This document shows positions 9,670 through 18,633 of a stretch of DNA of 22,481 nt, one piece after another; positions within the stretch are counted from its first letter, which is position 1, and each line of letters starts with the position of its first letter. The position numbers and the translations under genes were made by a program. Below the pieces are notes generated by a model. It did no database searches and was not told where the DNA came from. It was given only the letters and a program-made list of their open reading frames with translations. This DNA is from Thainema sp. GTDB taxonomy: Bacteria > Cyanobacteriota > Cyanobacteriia > Phormidesmidales > Phormidesmidaceae. The stretch lies in assembly GCA_052168235.1 (NCBI GenBank), contig JBQLZK010000090.1, positions 1 to 22,481 on the forward strand. The letters run 5' to 3'.

Positions 9670-11187
9670 ATGGAACTTCGGGTAACAGATCAATCCATCC
9701 TAAATTGGTTTGGCGACTGCTTAATTATTGGTTTATTTGAGGATACTGAGCAGCTAACGGGCGCTTTGGCCGAGCTGAATGGCAATCTATCGGAGCTGCT
9801 CAGCGAACTGATTGAAGAGTCAGAATTCAAAGCCACCGAAGGCAGCAGCGTGGTGACGCGGGTTGGCCAAGGTGAAATTAAAAAAGTCGGGCTAGTCGGT
9901 CTTGGCAAACCCGATGTTCTCAAATTTGATGGGCTGAGACGAGCCGCCGCTGCGATCGCACGTTTAGCTAAGAAAGAGAAATGTAAAACTCTGGGCATCA
10001 GCCTGCCTCTCTGCGGCAACAATCCGACGATGACCACGCAGGCCATTGCAGAAGGCGTGCTGCTGGCGCTGCATCAGGACAATCGCTTCAAGTCGGATAA
10101 AGAAAATGGGGCGCTGAAGCTAGAGCGAGTGGATTTACTCGACTTGGGCGGCCAAGATGCTGCGATCGCAACGGCGCGGTTTGTGGCAGAGGGTACGATT
10201 TTGGCGCGGGAACTGGTTTCAGCTCCGCCCAACGTGGTGACACCAATGAGCTTAGCGGAAACGGCTCAGTCCATTGCTAGTGACTCCGGTATGGAGTTGG
10301 AAATTCTGGAGCGGGAAGACTGCGAAAAGCTGGGCATGGGCGCTTATTTAGGCGTGGCGCAAGCCTCCGATATGCCGCCGAAGTTTATTCACCTCACCTA
10401 CAAGCCGGACGGAACACCCCGCAAAAAACTGGCCATTGTCGGCAAGGGACTCACCTTTGACTCCGGTGGTTTGAATCTAAAACCCTCTGGCAGCGGCATC
10501 GAGACCATGAAAATGGATATGGGGGGAGCCGCCGCTACGCTGGGAGCCGCTAAGGCAATCGGCCAGATCAAGCCCGATGTTGAGGTGCATTTCATCAGCG
10601 CCGCCACGGAAAACATGATTAGCGGTCATGCCCTGCATCCCGGCGATATTTTGACGGCTTCCAATGGCAAAACCATTGAGGTGAACAACACCGATGCTGA
10701 GGGTCGTTTAACCTTAGCCGATGCACTGGTGTTTGCGGAAAAACTGGGTGTCGATGCAATTGTTGACCTAGCAACGCTGACCGGAGCCTGCATTATCGCG
10801 CTGGGCGACGACATTGCAGGCGTCTGGAGCAATAACGATGCCCTGGCTAGCCAGCTAATCTACGCAGCTGAAACGGCGGGCGAAAAGTTCTGGCAAATGC
10901 CGATGGAAGAAAAATACTTTGAGGGCATGAAGTCGATGGTGGCCGACATGAAAAACACCGGGCCACGGGCAGGCGGTTCCATCACAGCCGCGCTATTCCT
11001 CAAGCAGTTCATTGAGAATACGCCTTGGGCGCACCTCGATATTGCTGGCCCCGTTTGGACAGAGAAGGAAAGCAGCTACAACAATCCAGGCGGCACGGGA
11101 TTTGCCGTACGTACCTTAGTCCAGTGGGTTCTGAGCGAGGAAACCAGCGATCGGCCTGTGATTCCGCTCCAGCCAACACTCAGCTAG
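9670..11187 (+). CDS. pepA: Leucyl aminopeptidase, M17 family
   Basis: 505 aa. Metal-binding motifs [34 protein letters not shown] and HLDIAG. Confidence 0.97.
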   Translation: MELRVTDQSILNWFGDCLIIGLFEDTEQLTGALAELNGNLSELLSELIEESEFKATEGSSVVTRVGQGEIKKVGLVGLGKPDVLKFDGLRRAAAAIARLAKKEKCKTLGISLPLCGNNPTMTTQAIAEGVLLALHQDNRFKSDKENGALKLERVDLLDLGGQDAAIATARFVAEGTILARELVSAPPNVVTPMSLAETAQSIASDSGMELEILEREDCEKLGMGAYLGVAQASDMPPKFIHLTYKPDGTPRKKLAIVGKGLTFDSGGLNLKPSGSGIETMKMDMGGAAATLGAAKAIGQIKPDVEVHFISAATENMISGHALHPGDILTASNGKTIEVNNTDAEGRLTLADALVFAEKLGVDAIVDLATLTGACIIALGDDIAGVWSNNDALASQLIYAAETAGEKFWQMPMEEKYFEGMKSMVADMKNTGPRAGGSITAALFLKQFIENTPWAHLDIAGPVWTEKESSYNNPGGTGFAVRTLVQWVLSEETSDRPVIPLQPTLS

Positions 11188-11219
11188 TTCATTTAGTTTG
11201 TTGTAATTGCAACCCTACC

Positions 11220-11245
11220 TAGGGGCAAATGGCCATTTGCCCCTA
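11220..11245. repeat. (G)TAGGG-class REP-like palindrome
   Basis: TAGGGGCAAATGG|CCATTTGCCCCTA, a perfect 26-bp palindrome followed by C (CCCCTAC end typical of GTAG REPs). Confidence 0.85.
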
Positions 11246-11250
11246 CCAGA

Positions 11251-11345
11251 TACGTAGCTGCATATCAAATAAATGCATATCTAAAAAACCGGGGGAGCGC
11301 CCCTCCGGTTTTTTAGATATGCATTTATCTATGCCAACCCACTTA
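11251..11345. repeat. Miniature inverted-repeat element with 24-bp perfect inner arms
   Basis: ATAAATGCATATCTAAAAAACCGG (11269-11292) / CCGGTTTTTTAGATATGCATTTAT (11305-11328). Degenerate outer ends TACGTAGCTG... / ...CAACCCACTTA. Confidence 0.8.
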
Positions 11346-11386
11346 CGTGAATTGTAATTTGAGATTTCCTTTGATCCCGCAATAGC

Positions 11387-12157
11387 ATGACCCTCTTTGA
11401 TGGTGTTGAACAGGCCAATGTCCTCATCGTTGGTGCAAATGGTGGCATTGGCCTTGGTTTTGTTGAGCATTTGCTAAATGATGATCGAGTTGCCAAGATT
11501 TATGCCACCTATCGACGGCCAGAAACGGCGAGTCGGTTAGTTGCGATCGCAACTCAGCATCCCCATCGGTTAACCTGCTGCCAGTTAGACGTGACCGATG
11601 AGGCACAGATTGCGGCTCAGGTGAAGCAAATTCGAGCGCAAACGCCGGAGATTCATTTAGTGATCAACTGCGTTGGTGTTTTGCATACGGGCACAATTCA
11701 GCCAGAGAAAAGTCTGCGGCAGCTTGAGCTAGATCAGCTTACTCAATACTTTCAGGTCAACAGCATTAGTGCGGCGCTGCTGGCGAAGCATTTGCTGCCG
11801 CTGCTGAAGCATTCCCACCGCAGCATTTTTGCCACAATTTCGGCCAAGATTGGCAGCATTGGCGACAACTATCTGGGGGGTTGGTATGGCTATCGGGCGT
11901 CCAAAGCGGCGTTGAATATGCTGATTCGCACCGCCGCGATTGAGTACAGCCGTAAGAGTCCCAAAACCATCCTGGTGCTGCTCCATCCTGGCACAACGGA
12001 TACCGAACTGTCCAAACCGTTTCAGCGCAATGTGCCGCCGGAGAAGCTCTTTTCATCGGAGCGCACCGTGTCGCAGCTTTTAGCCGTACTCGATCAGGTT
12101 AAAGATAATGAAAGCGGTCAGTTTTTCTCCTGGGATGGCAGTAAACTGCCGTGGTGA
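11387..12157 (+). CDS. Short-chain dehydrogenase/reductase, CsgA (C-factor)-like subfamily
   Basis: 256 aa. GANGGIG cofactor motif, SAKIGSIGDN-GGWYGYRASKAALNM (catalytic S and YxxxK), LHPGTTDT, C-terminal SGQFFSWDG. Confidence 0.92.
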   Translation: MTLFDGVEQANVLIVGANGGIGLGFVEHLLNDDRVAKIYATYRRPETASRLVAIATQHPHRLTCCQLDVTDEAQIAAQVKQIRAQTPEIHLVINCVGVLHTGTIQPEKSLRQLELDQLTQYFQVNSISAALLAKHLLPLLKHSHRSIFATISAKIGSIGDNYLGGWYGYRASKAALNMLIRTAAIEYSRKSPKTILVLLHPGTTDTELSKPFQRNVPPEKLFSSERTVSQLLAVLDQVKDNESGQFFSWDGSKLPW

Positions 12158-12555
12158 TGTCAAATTTGCGAATTTCGAATTTCATGATTGAACCTATCGA
12201 TACAATTGCTCTGTTTAAAAGTCCCGAAAACTCCAAATCCTTTGCTGCCGGGGAGGTCATCTTCAACAATGGTGACGTTGGATCTGTGATGTACGGCATC
12301 TTGTCTGGTGATGTTGAATTCATCGTCAATGACAAAGTGGTTGAGACTCTGCATTCAGGTGATTTATTTGGCGAAGGTGCTTTGGTGCATGATGACCACC
12401 TGCGGGCATCGACAGCCATTGCCAAAACGGACTGTCAGCTGGCAGTGATTGATCGGTTTCAGTTTCTATTTTTGGTTGAAAACACGCCGCTGTTCGCGCT
12501 GCACGTGATGCGCAGCTATTCCGATCGCCTGCGATCGCTGAAGCATTTTGCCTAG
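12157..12555 (+). CDS. Stand-alone cyclic-nucleotide-binding (CAP_ED) domain protein with no HTH
   Basis: cNMP fold motifs FAAGEVIF..GD, MYGILSGDV, GDLFGEGAL..RASTAIA. The ATG at 12157 overlaps the SDR stop (TGATG); the alternative start is ATG 12184. Confidence 0.9.
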   Translation: MSNLRISNFMIEPIDTIALFKSPENSKSFAAGEVIFNNGDVGSVMYGILSGDVEFIVNDKVVETLHSGDLFGEGALVHDDHLRASTAIAKTDCQLAVIDRFQFLFLVENTPLFALHVMRSYSDRLRSLKHFA

Positions 12556-12581
12556 ATACTTTCTAGAAGTCCTCAAGATAC

Positions 12582-12653
12582 ATAGGGTGGGCATCGCCCA
12601 CCATCGGCTCTCTGTCTGAGTTTTAAGATTGTGGTGGGCGGTGTCCACCCTGC
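12582..12653. repeat. Inverted REP doublet (REPIN/BIME-like), TAGGGTGGGC family
   Basis: ATAGGGTGGGCATCGCCCACCA (12582-12603) and an inverted, slightly diverged copy TGGTGGGCGGTGTCCACCCTGC (12632-12653), between convergent genes. Confidence 0.85.
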
Positions 12654-12736
12654 TTGGTGAATAGTCCAGGCCAGATAATCTCTAGCAGAGGCATGTTTGA
12701 CACTTGGGGCATTACCAGCGCTGAGTGCTTAAATTG

Positions 12737-13102
12737 TCAACGCATCAGCAATTCACTCTGTTCATGAATGCGATCGCACCACTGCTGGGCCAGAACGGCT
12801 ATTTCCTCACGCTCGTTCTCATCAGGCCATAGTTCTGACCAACTCAAGGCCCACTGACTGAGTAACGCTTGGAGATCGGTCAGCTCAGTCGCAAATACGA
12901 TGTCGGCTTCTAAATCAAGACTATCCACGACCCACTCAACAAAGCTCTGGCTTTCTTGAATCAAATGTTGGATGGCAGATTCATCCGTGCCGCTCTGAGC
13001 AGACAGCTGAATTTGAGCCAAACTCAAGGCCAAATTATCGAGCTGAGTGACTCGACTCGCCTGTAGATAATGTGCTTGAAGGATCTCCCAGTGTTTTGAC
13101 AT
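12737..13102 (-). CDS. Hypothetical all-alpha protein (121 aa)
   Basis: ATG start 36 bp after the DUF1995 stop. Amphipathic helical pattern with Trp residues (ESQSFVEW, LQALLSQW, AQQWCDRI) resembling a recurrent cyanobacterial hypothetical family. Confidence 0.8.
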   Translation of the reverse strand: MSKHWEILQAHYLQASRVTQLDNLALSLAQIQLSAQSGTDESAIQHLIQESQSFVEWVVDSLDLEADIVFATELTDLQALLSQWALSWSELWPDENEREEIAVLAQQWCDRIHEQSELLMR

Positions 13103-13138
13103 TAGACACTGTCCTAGTAGAGAGCATTGCGGAGTGCA

Positions 13139-13888
13139 TCACTGACTCAACGCTTTCAAAAACTGCTGTAGCTCTGCTAAGAAACCGCGCCGTCGCGGCT
13201 TAGCCGCTTTTTGTCCAGTTGAATCTTCCGCACTTGCTTCATTAGTAGAGCTACCCGTTGCACCCATCAAAATTCGATCCAGCACCTCACCAATAGGCCG
13301 TTCAGCTTCTTCGGCAATGAGGTCATAATTGCCTGGACTGTTCTCTAGCCAAACCTGCCAAGGCTGTGGGTAGCAGCGAAACACAGCTGCTCCATTCAGT
13401 GGCTTAATGCAGTAAACTGTCTCAATCGTACTGAGGAAGCGTTCTCGCAGTTGCCGTCCAGCATAGCCAATGCCGATAATTGCCACATCCTCCAATTGCG
13501 GATTTAGCATGACAAATGGCCGATTTTCCGCTGCCTCATACATCTTTTCAACCTTTTTCACCTCAACTGCCGACGGCTCAATGATTAAAAATGCATCGTC
13601 ATCTTCTTCTATCTGGCCTTTGATTTCGCCAATGCCGCGCACGCTGTAGGACGGCTCACCCCAATCGCGTCGGGCCAGTGCCGCTGCCCCCGCATCGGGA
13701 AAAAACACCTTGAACTGCCAATCTTTTTCCTCAAACAGCGCAATAAACGGTCGGGCCAATGGCATAATCTTCAGTTCCGGAATGGCATACTCCACCTGTA
13801 TCCGGGTTAGACCATCTGCGATCGCAGCTTGGGTAGCCGCCTTTGATTGTTCTACAGCCTCTTCAATACTCTTGGGCAGTCCAGTCAT
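13139..13888 (-). CDS. DUF1995 family protein (same domain family as plant LPA3)
   Basis: LPKSIEEAV..S..A..AA..DG..R, FPDAGAAALARRDW, NPQLED...GIG...RQLRERF, R.YP..WQVW. ATG at 13888 preferred over 13909. Confidence 0.9.
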   Translation of the reverse strand: MTGLPKSIEEAVEQSKAATQAAIADGLTRIQVEYAIPELKIMPLARPFIALFEEKDWQFKVFFPDAGAAALARRDWGEPSYSVRGIGEIKGQIEEDDDAFLIIEPSAVEVKKVEKMYEAAENRPFVMLNPQLEDVAIIGIGYAGRQLRERFLSTIETVYCIKPLNGAAVFRCYPQPWQVWLENSPGNYDLIAEEAERPIGEVLDRILMGATGSSTNEASAEDSTGQKAAKPRRRGFLAELQQFLKALSQ

Positions 13889-14093
13889 CGTTTCATCAGC
13901 CAACAACATCAGGTTATCCCATCTATTATTTCAGCTTTTCCCGAGGAGAAGTACCCCTCAGTTGCTACCTGCCGTCTATGCCCCTGTTGTATACACCTCT
14001 TCTCATAAAATCAACCCAGAGATCAACCCTCAAACTCCAGTCTAGGGATGAGGGGCAAAGGTTCTGGCGCTTTTTCAGAGACTTTCCGAACAC

Positions 14094-14199
14094 TAAGGAA
14101 CTCGGATTGAATAAGGTGAAATTTTTGGGGTAGGGACACGGCAATGCCGTATCCCTACAAATGGAACGGTTTACAGGCTATTTAATTCATAGTTCTAAA
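14094..14199. repeat. Composite element: GTAGGG REP hairpin inside imperfect terminal inverted repeats
   Basis: Core GTAGGGACACGGC-AAT-GCCGTATCCCTAC (14130-14158, 1 mismatch). The outer ends TAAGGAACTCGGATTGAATA and TATTTAATTCATAGTTCTAAA are loosely complementary. Confidence 0.8.
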
Positions 14200-14305
14200 G
14201 ATAAATTTATGGCATCCTGTGTCACAGAATTCGCCGAGAGCGATACGATTAAAACGCCTAAATCGGCATTGCACAGCTCGCTAAGAATCCTAGCGTCCAA
14301 AGCTC

Positions 14306-15106
14306 ATGACTTCTGATACTTCTCCTGTTTCTGAAATTGTCTCTGATATTTCGTCCTCCTCGGCGGAGGACAGCCTGCCACAGGTGCATCTCAAGCCGGA
14401 AGGCGAGCGGATCATGCTGTTTTTGCCGCCCAAGCCCACTGATCCGGATGCGGGTTCTGACTGGGACGAAATTTGGCAGCAGTTTAAGCATCGGCTCAGC
14501 GCGGGCGATCGGTTTTGGCAACCGGATACCACCGTGTATTTGATTGCCCGCGATCGCTTATTGGACAATCGCCAACTGCATGCGATCGCAGAAGCCCTTT
14601 CGAACGTCAACTTGCGCTTGAAGCGGGTTTACACCAGCCGTCGCCAAACCGCAGTTGCGGCTGCCACCGCTGGCTATTCGGTCGAGCAGCAGTCATCGGT
14701 GGCCAAGCTGATTCAGCAATCGTCCGCATCTGAACAGCGGCGACCAATGCAGGCTCCCCTGTATTTGCAAACCACCATTCGCTCGGGGGTGGAAATTCAG
14801 CACCCTGGTACAGTAATTGTCTACGGTGATGTCAATCCCGGCGGTTCCATCGTGGCCGATGGCGATATTTTGGTGTGGGGACGGCTGCGGGGCAATGTTT
14901 ACGCAGGTGCTCAAGATGACGATCGGTGCCTGGTTATGGCGCTGCACATGGAGCCGACTCAAATTCGGATTGGCAGCAGCGTGGCGCGTGGCCCCGACTC
15001 GCCGCCGCTGGGCGATGCTGAGGTGGCATATGTAGCTGCCGATGGCATTCGGATTGCTCGTGCGGCTGACTTCGTCCGGCCAGACGATCGTTCATCCAAG
15101 CTTTAA
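14306..15106 (+). CDS. minC: Septum site-determining protein MinC
   Basis: Cyanobacterial-type N-terminal domain and C-terminal beta-helix (TIRSGVEI.HPGTVIVYGDVNPGGSIVADGDILVWGRLRG...AG). First gene of minCDE. Confidence 0.96.
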   Translation: MTSDTSPVSEIVSDISSSSAEDSLPQVHLKPEGERIMLFLPPKPTDPDAGSDWDEIWQQFKHRLSAGDRFWQPDTTVYLIARDRLLDNRQLHAIAEALSNVNLRLKRVYTSRRQTAVAAATAGYSVEQQSSVAKLIQQSSASEQRRPMQAPLYLQTTIRSGVEIQHPGTVIVYGDVNPGGSIVADGDILVWGRLRGNVYAGAQDDDRCLVMALHMEPTQIRIGSSVARGPDSPPLGDAEVAYVAADGIRIARAADFVRPDDRSSKL

Positions 15107-15163
15107 TTTGTCTTCAGAAACCGTTACTCTAACCTGTCATAGTCCACTCAATTTAAGCTGTCC

Positions 15164-15970
15164 ATGAGCCGAATTATTGTTGTCACTTCTGGTAAAGGTG
15201 GCGTAGGTAAAACCACCTGCACCGCAAATTTAGGCATGGCGATCGCGCAGCAAAACCGCTCCGTGGCGGTGATTGATGCTGATTTTGGCCTGAGGAATCT
15301 AGACCTGCTGCTGGGGCTGGAAAATCGCATTGTCTACACCGCAATTGATGTCTTTGCCAGACAGTGCCGACTCGATCAAGCTCTGGTCAAAGATAAGCGA
15401 CAGCCCAAATTGGCGCTGATGCCTGCGGCCCAAAACCGCACCAAGGAATCGATCACGCCGATTCAAATGCAAAAGCTGGTGCGCGCGATCGCACGGGCTT
15501 ACGACTATGTGATTGTGGACTGTCCGGCTGGAATTGAAATGGGCTTTAAAAATGCGATCGCAGCCGCTCAGGAAGCCATCATCGTCACCACGCCGGAAAT
15601 TGCCGCTGTCCGGGATGCCGACCGCGTAATTGGTCTGCTGGAAGCCAATGACATTAAAAAAGTGCAGCTGATCGTCAATCGGCTCAAGCCCGCGATGGTC
15701 AAGCAGGAGCAGATGATGTCGGTCGAGGACGTACAGGAAATTTTGGCCATTCCGCTGCTGGGCGTTGTGCCCGATGACGAGCGAGTGATCGTCTCCACCA
15801 ACCGGGGCGAACCGCTAGTCTTGGAAGAGAAGCTGTCTATGGCTGGCCTCGCCTTTGAAAATATCGCCCGTCGCTTAAATGGCGAAGACGTACCCTTTTT
15901 AGATCTAGATGCACCCAGCGACGATTTCTTTTCTCGCATCCGGCGCTTCTTCCGGGGTGGCTCAACCTAA
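15164..15970 (+). CDS. minD: Septum site-determining ATPase MinD
   Basis: Deviant Walker A SGKGGVGKTT, DADFGLRNLD, DCPAGIE, VRDADR, and a C-terminal amphipathic helix FFSRIRRFF. Confidence 0.98.
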   Translation: MSRIIVVTSGKGGVGKTTCTANLGMAIAQQNRSVAVIDADFGLRNLDLLLGLENRIVYTAIDVFARQCRLDQALVKDKRQPKLALMPAAQNRTKESITPIQMQKLVRAIARAYDYVIVDCPAGIEMGFKNAIAAAQEAIIVTTPEIAAVRDADRVIGLLEANDIKKVQLIVNRLKPAMVKQEQMMSVEDVQEILAIPLLGVVPDDERVIVSTNRGEPLVLEEKLSMAGLAFENIARRLNGEDVPFLDLDAPSDDFFSRIRRFFRGGST

Positions 15971-15978
15971 TTTTACTT

Positions 15979-16007
15979 GTAGGGTGGGCACCGCCTCCTG
16001 CCCAACA
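15979..16007. repeat. Degenerate GTAGGGTGGGC REP copy in the minD-minE spacer
   Basis: GTAGGGTGGGCACCGCC matches the family at 12582-12653, then diverges. Confidence 0.65.
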
Positions 16008-16154
16008 GCAATCCCCATCCATCGGTTGGGTTGCAGCAGAACAAATCAAACTAGCCTTTATATAAATCCAGTAAATCAGCCTCTACAGATTGCATCTACA
16101 AATCGAATTTGAATTTTTTGATGATTTTCCCACTGTCTATCTCCCCATGATCTG

Positions 16155-16757
16155 ATGATTAGTGAACTTCTAGAACGACTCTTCCCAGGCACTGCCAATC
16201 GATCCAGCCGTGACGATGTCAAGCGACGACTCCGCTTTGTCTTGGCTCACGATCGGGTTGACCTCGATCCCTCAACCGTTGAGCAAATGCGCCAGGAAAT
16301 TTTAGCGGTCGTTTCTCGATACGTTGAAATCGAAAGCGATGGGTTAGAGTTCAGTCTAGAAAGTGATCAACGGGTCACGGCGCTGATCGCCAATTTACCC
16401 ATCCGCCGAGTTAAGGGCAAACCCGAGGACAACCAACCTGTCCCAGACGATAATCTAGAGCTAAGTCTCGATTTAAATGAATCGGATCAAGCAGAGAGCA
16501 ATCCAAAAACCAAGCAGCCAGTGGAGTCTGATCAGCCGGAGGCGCGATCGCACAATCAATCAGAACCAACCCCAAACTTAGATTCCCCTCCATCGGCATC
16601 ATCTGACGTTCAGTCTGAACCGGAGTCCGAAACTGAAGCCAAGCCTGATACCCTGTCAGCCTCTTCCACAGGCAATCCTCCACCCGTACCGGATATCTCC
16701 ACTGAAGAACTCACCAACTCTGACTCCCTCGACCCCCCAAACTCCAAGCCCGACTAA
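16155..16757 (+). CDS. minE: Cell division topological specificity factor MinE with a long acidic C-terminal extension
   Basis: Residues 1-87 form the MinE core (LLERLF membrane helix, [35 protein letters not shown]). Residues 88-200 are D/E/S/P-rich. Confidence 0.95.
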   Translation: MISELLERLFPGTANRSSRDDVKRRLRFVLAHDRVDLDPSTVEQMRQEILAVVSRYVEIESDGLEFSLESDQRVTALIANLPIRRVKGKPEDNQPVPDDNLELSLDLNESDQAESNPKTKQPVESDQPEARSHNQSEPTPNLDSPPSASSDVQSEPESETEAKPDTLSASSTGNPPPVPDISTEELTNSDSLDPPNSKPD

Positions 16758-16798
16758 TTTAGATCTCACTCCCTAGATCTCACATCCTGACTCCCGAC

Positions 16799-17293
16799 AT
16801 GAATCCGTCAAATTCTCCTTCTGCTGAATCCACTGCATCCACTGCATCCACCGATACTCCAGCCGTACCTGAAATAACGCCGAATTCAAAACAGCCCGAC
16901 TTTTCTGCCTGCATCCAATCATTGGGACTCGACCAGATCACGCGCCATGTCTTGATCTGCGCCGATCAGACTAAGCCAAAATGCTGTAGCAAAGCACTCA
17001 GTATCGAAGCTTGGGATTACTTGAAGCGGCGGCTTAAGGAACTAGAGCTAGATGTTCCGACCGAGGATCGAGCTAGCTGTGTCTTTCGTACCAAAGCCAA
17101 TTGCCTACGGGTTTGTCAAAATGGGCCAATTTTAGTGGTCTATCCCGATGGCGTTTGGTATCACAGCGCCACGCCAGAGGTGATTGAGCGAATTATTCAG
17201 GAGCATCTGCTGCAAAATCGGGTAGTTGAGGACTATGCCTTCTTGGTTCAACCGCTGACGGGTGCGATCGCAACTGAGACCGCAACTGAATAA
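16799..17293 (+). CDS. Thioredoxin-fold [2Fe-2S] ferredoxin
   Basis: [14 protein letters not shown]...[17 protein letters not shown]...IERIIQEHL, with an S/T/P-rich N-terminal leader of about 30 aa. Confidence 0.92.
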   Translation: MNPSNSPSAESTASTASTDTPAVPEITPNSKQPDFSACIQSLGLDQITRHVLICADQTKPKCCSKALSIEAWDYLKRRLKELELDVPTEDRASCVFRTKANCLRVCQNGPILVVYPDGVWYHSATPEVIERIIQEHLLQNRVVEDYAFLVQPLTGAIATETATE

Positions 17294-17823
17294 ATGATTG
17301 GGAGCAGAACGAGTTGAAAACCCGCCATTATTTTGGATAAAAAAGAAACAATACGCTTCCTACAAGATCTGTTCTAGTCTTTTCAAAAGAATTTCTTTAG
17401 GTTCTAGTTGTGCAAGATGCAAAATCTGAGGAGGTAGGTTCCCTCTGCTGTTCATGTCTTATCATCATTTGACCGTTATTGAAAAATTGGTAAAGTTCTC
17501 AAACAGAAGCCAACGCTAGAGGGTGCATATTTTCTCGTACTGGGTATGATTAAGTATATACGTAAAAAACGATGCACATGGCTCTTAGTAGTCTATTTGA
17601 CAGGTTAAAAGTTGCTTTGAGAAGGATTACAGGTGATTGAACAATAATTGCGACTTGCAGTGCTTGATCTAATCCTGATGTAAGTTAGGAACCTATTGTT
17701 TTAAAAGCTGCTGATTAACGTTTATTCATTTAATCGTTTAATCGTTCTAAGCTTATCGAATGGGAGTGTAATTGAGTTGCGTTACGAGTTGCGTACTATT
17801 GCATTACCAAATGTATCTATCTA

Positions 17824-17851
17824 TTGACGGTTTGAGCATCGGCATTACAAT
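17824..17851 (+). promoter_or_regulatory. Putative sigma70-type promoter of the response regulator
   Basis: TTGACG (17824-17829), 16-nt spacer, TACAAT (17846-17851), about 90 bp upstream of the ATG. Confidence 0.55.
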
Positions 17852-17942
17852 CCAAGGATTCTTAGCTAGAATCATTAGCTGGGTAGTAATGTCTATCTTC
17901 CTAAAGTCTTAACGTTCATCCAAAGACGGCGAGTTATTGAGC

Positions 17943-18590
17943 ATGAAGGAATCCAACACGGGTGACCAAAAACAGTTGTTGCTGATTGATGACGATCCAA
18001 ACTTAATCCTGTTGGTAAAGGATTATCTAGAGTTTCGAGGTTACCAAGTCACAACAGCCGAGAATGGTCGTGAAGCTCTAGAAATACTGGAGCAGGAAAC
18101 CCCCGACATGATTATTTGCGATGTGATGATGCCGGAAATGGACGGCTATTCTTTAGTGAAGCATGTCCGGGAAGATCCAAAAACAAGCTGGATTCCAGTA
18201 TTGTTTTTGTCCGCTAAGGGACAGAGCCAGGATCGGGTCAAAGGCCTGAATACCGGAGCCGACGTCTACATGGTGAAGCCGTTTGAACCTGAGGAGCTAG
18301 TTGCCCAGGTTGAATCTTCGCTGAAGCAGGCATCTCGCTTAATCCAGCATCAAAACAAGGGTGGTTCAGAAGGCCCGACGATTCAAGTTCCGTTTGATGT
18401 TGAGCTAACGCCTACAGAGCTAAAGGTTGTGCAGTTTGTGGCTCGGGGTATGGCCAACCGCGAGATTGCTGAGGAGCTGAAGGTTAGCCAGCGCACCATT
18501 GAGAGCCATGTCAGCAATATGCTGGGTAAAACAGGGCTACACAACCGAACCGAGCTGGCCCGCTGGGCAATGGAAAACAGCATGGCTTGA
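17943..18590 (+). CDS. NarL/LuxR-family DNA-binding response regulator (REC + LuxR HTH), orphan in this window
   Basis: LLLIDDD, phospho-acceptor ICDVMMP, FLSAK, VKPF, then LTPTELKV...G.ANREIA..L.VS.RT.ESHVSN. Resembles the conserved cyanobacterial Slr1909-type regulator (recalled). ATG 17943; the alternative is TTG 17937. Confidence 0.95.
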   Translation: MKESNTGDQKQLLLIDDDPNLILLVKDYLEFRGYQVTTAENGREALEILEQETPDMIICDVMMPEMDGYSLVKHVREDPKTSWIPVLFLSAKGQSQDRVKGLNTGADVYMVKPFEPEELVAQVESSLKQASRLIQHQNKGGSEGPTIQVPFDVELTPTELKVVQFVARGMANREIAEELKVSQRTIESHVSNMLGKTGLHNRTELARWAMENSMA

Positions 18591-18633
18591 TGAGCTTCTT
18601 AATGAACTGCCTGTTCTTTGGCAGAGTTCGTTA

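Noticed and set aside
17410..17430. GTGCAAGATG matching one end of the 19283 element
   Set aside because: Only a 10-nt match with no partner arm, so it could be chance.
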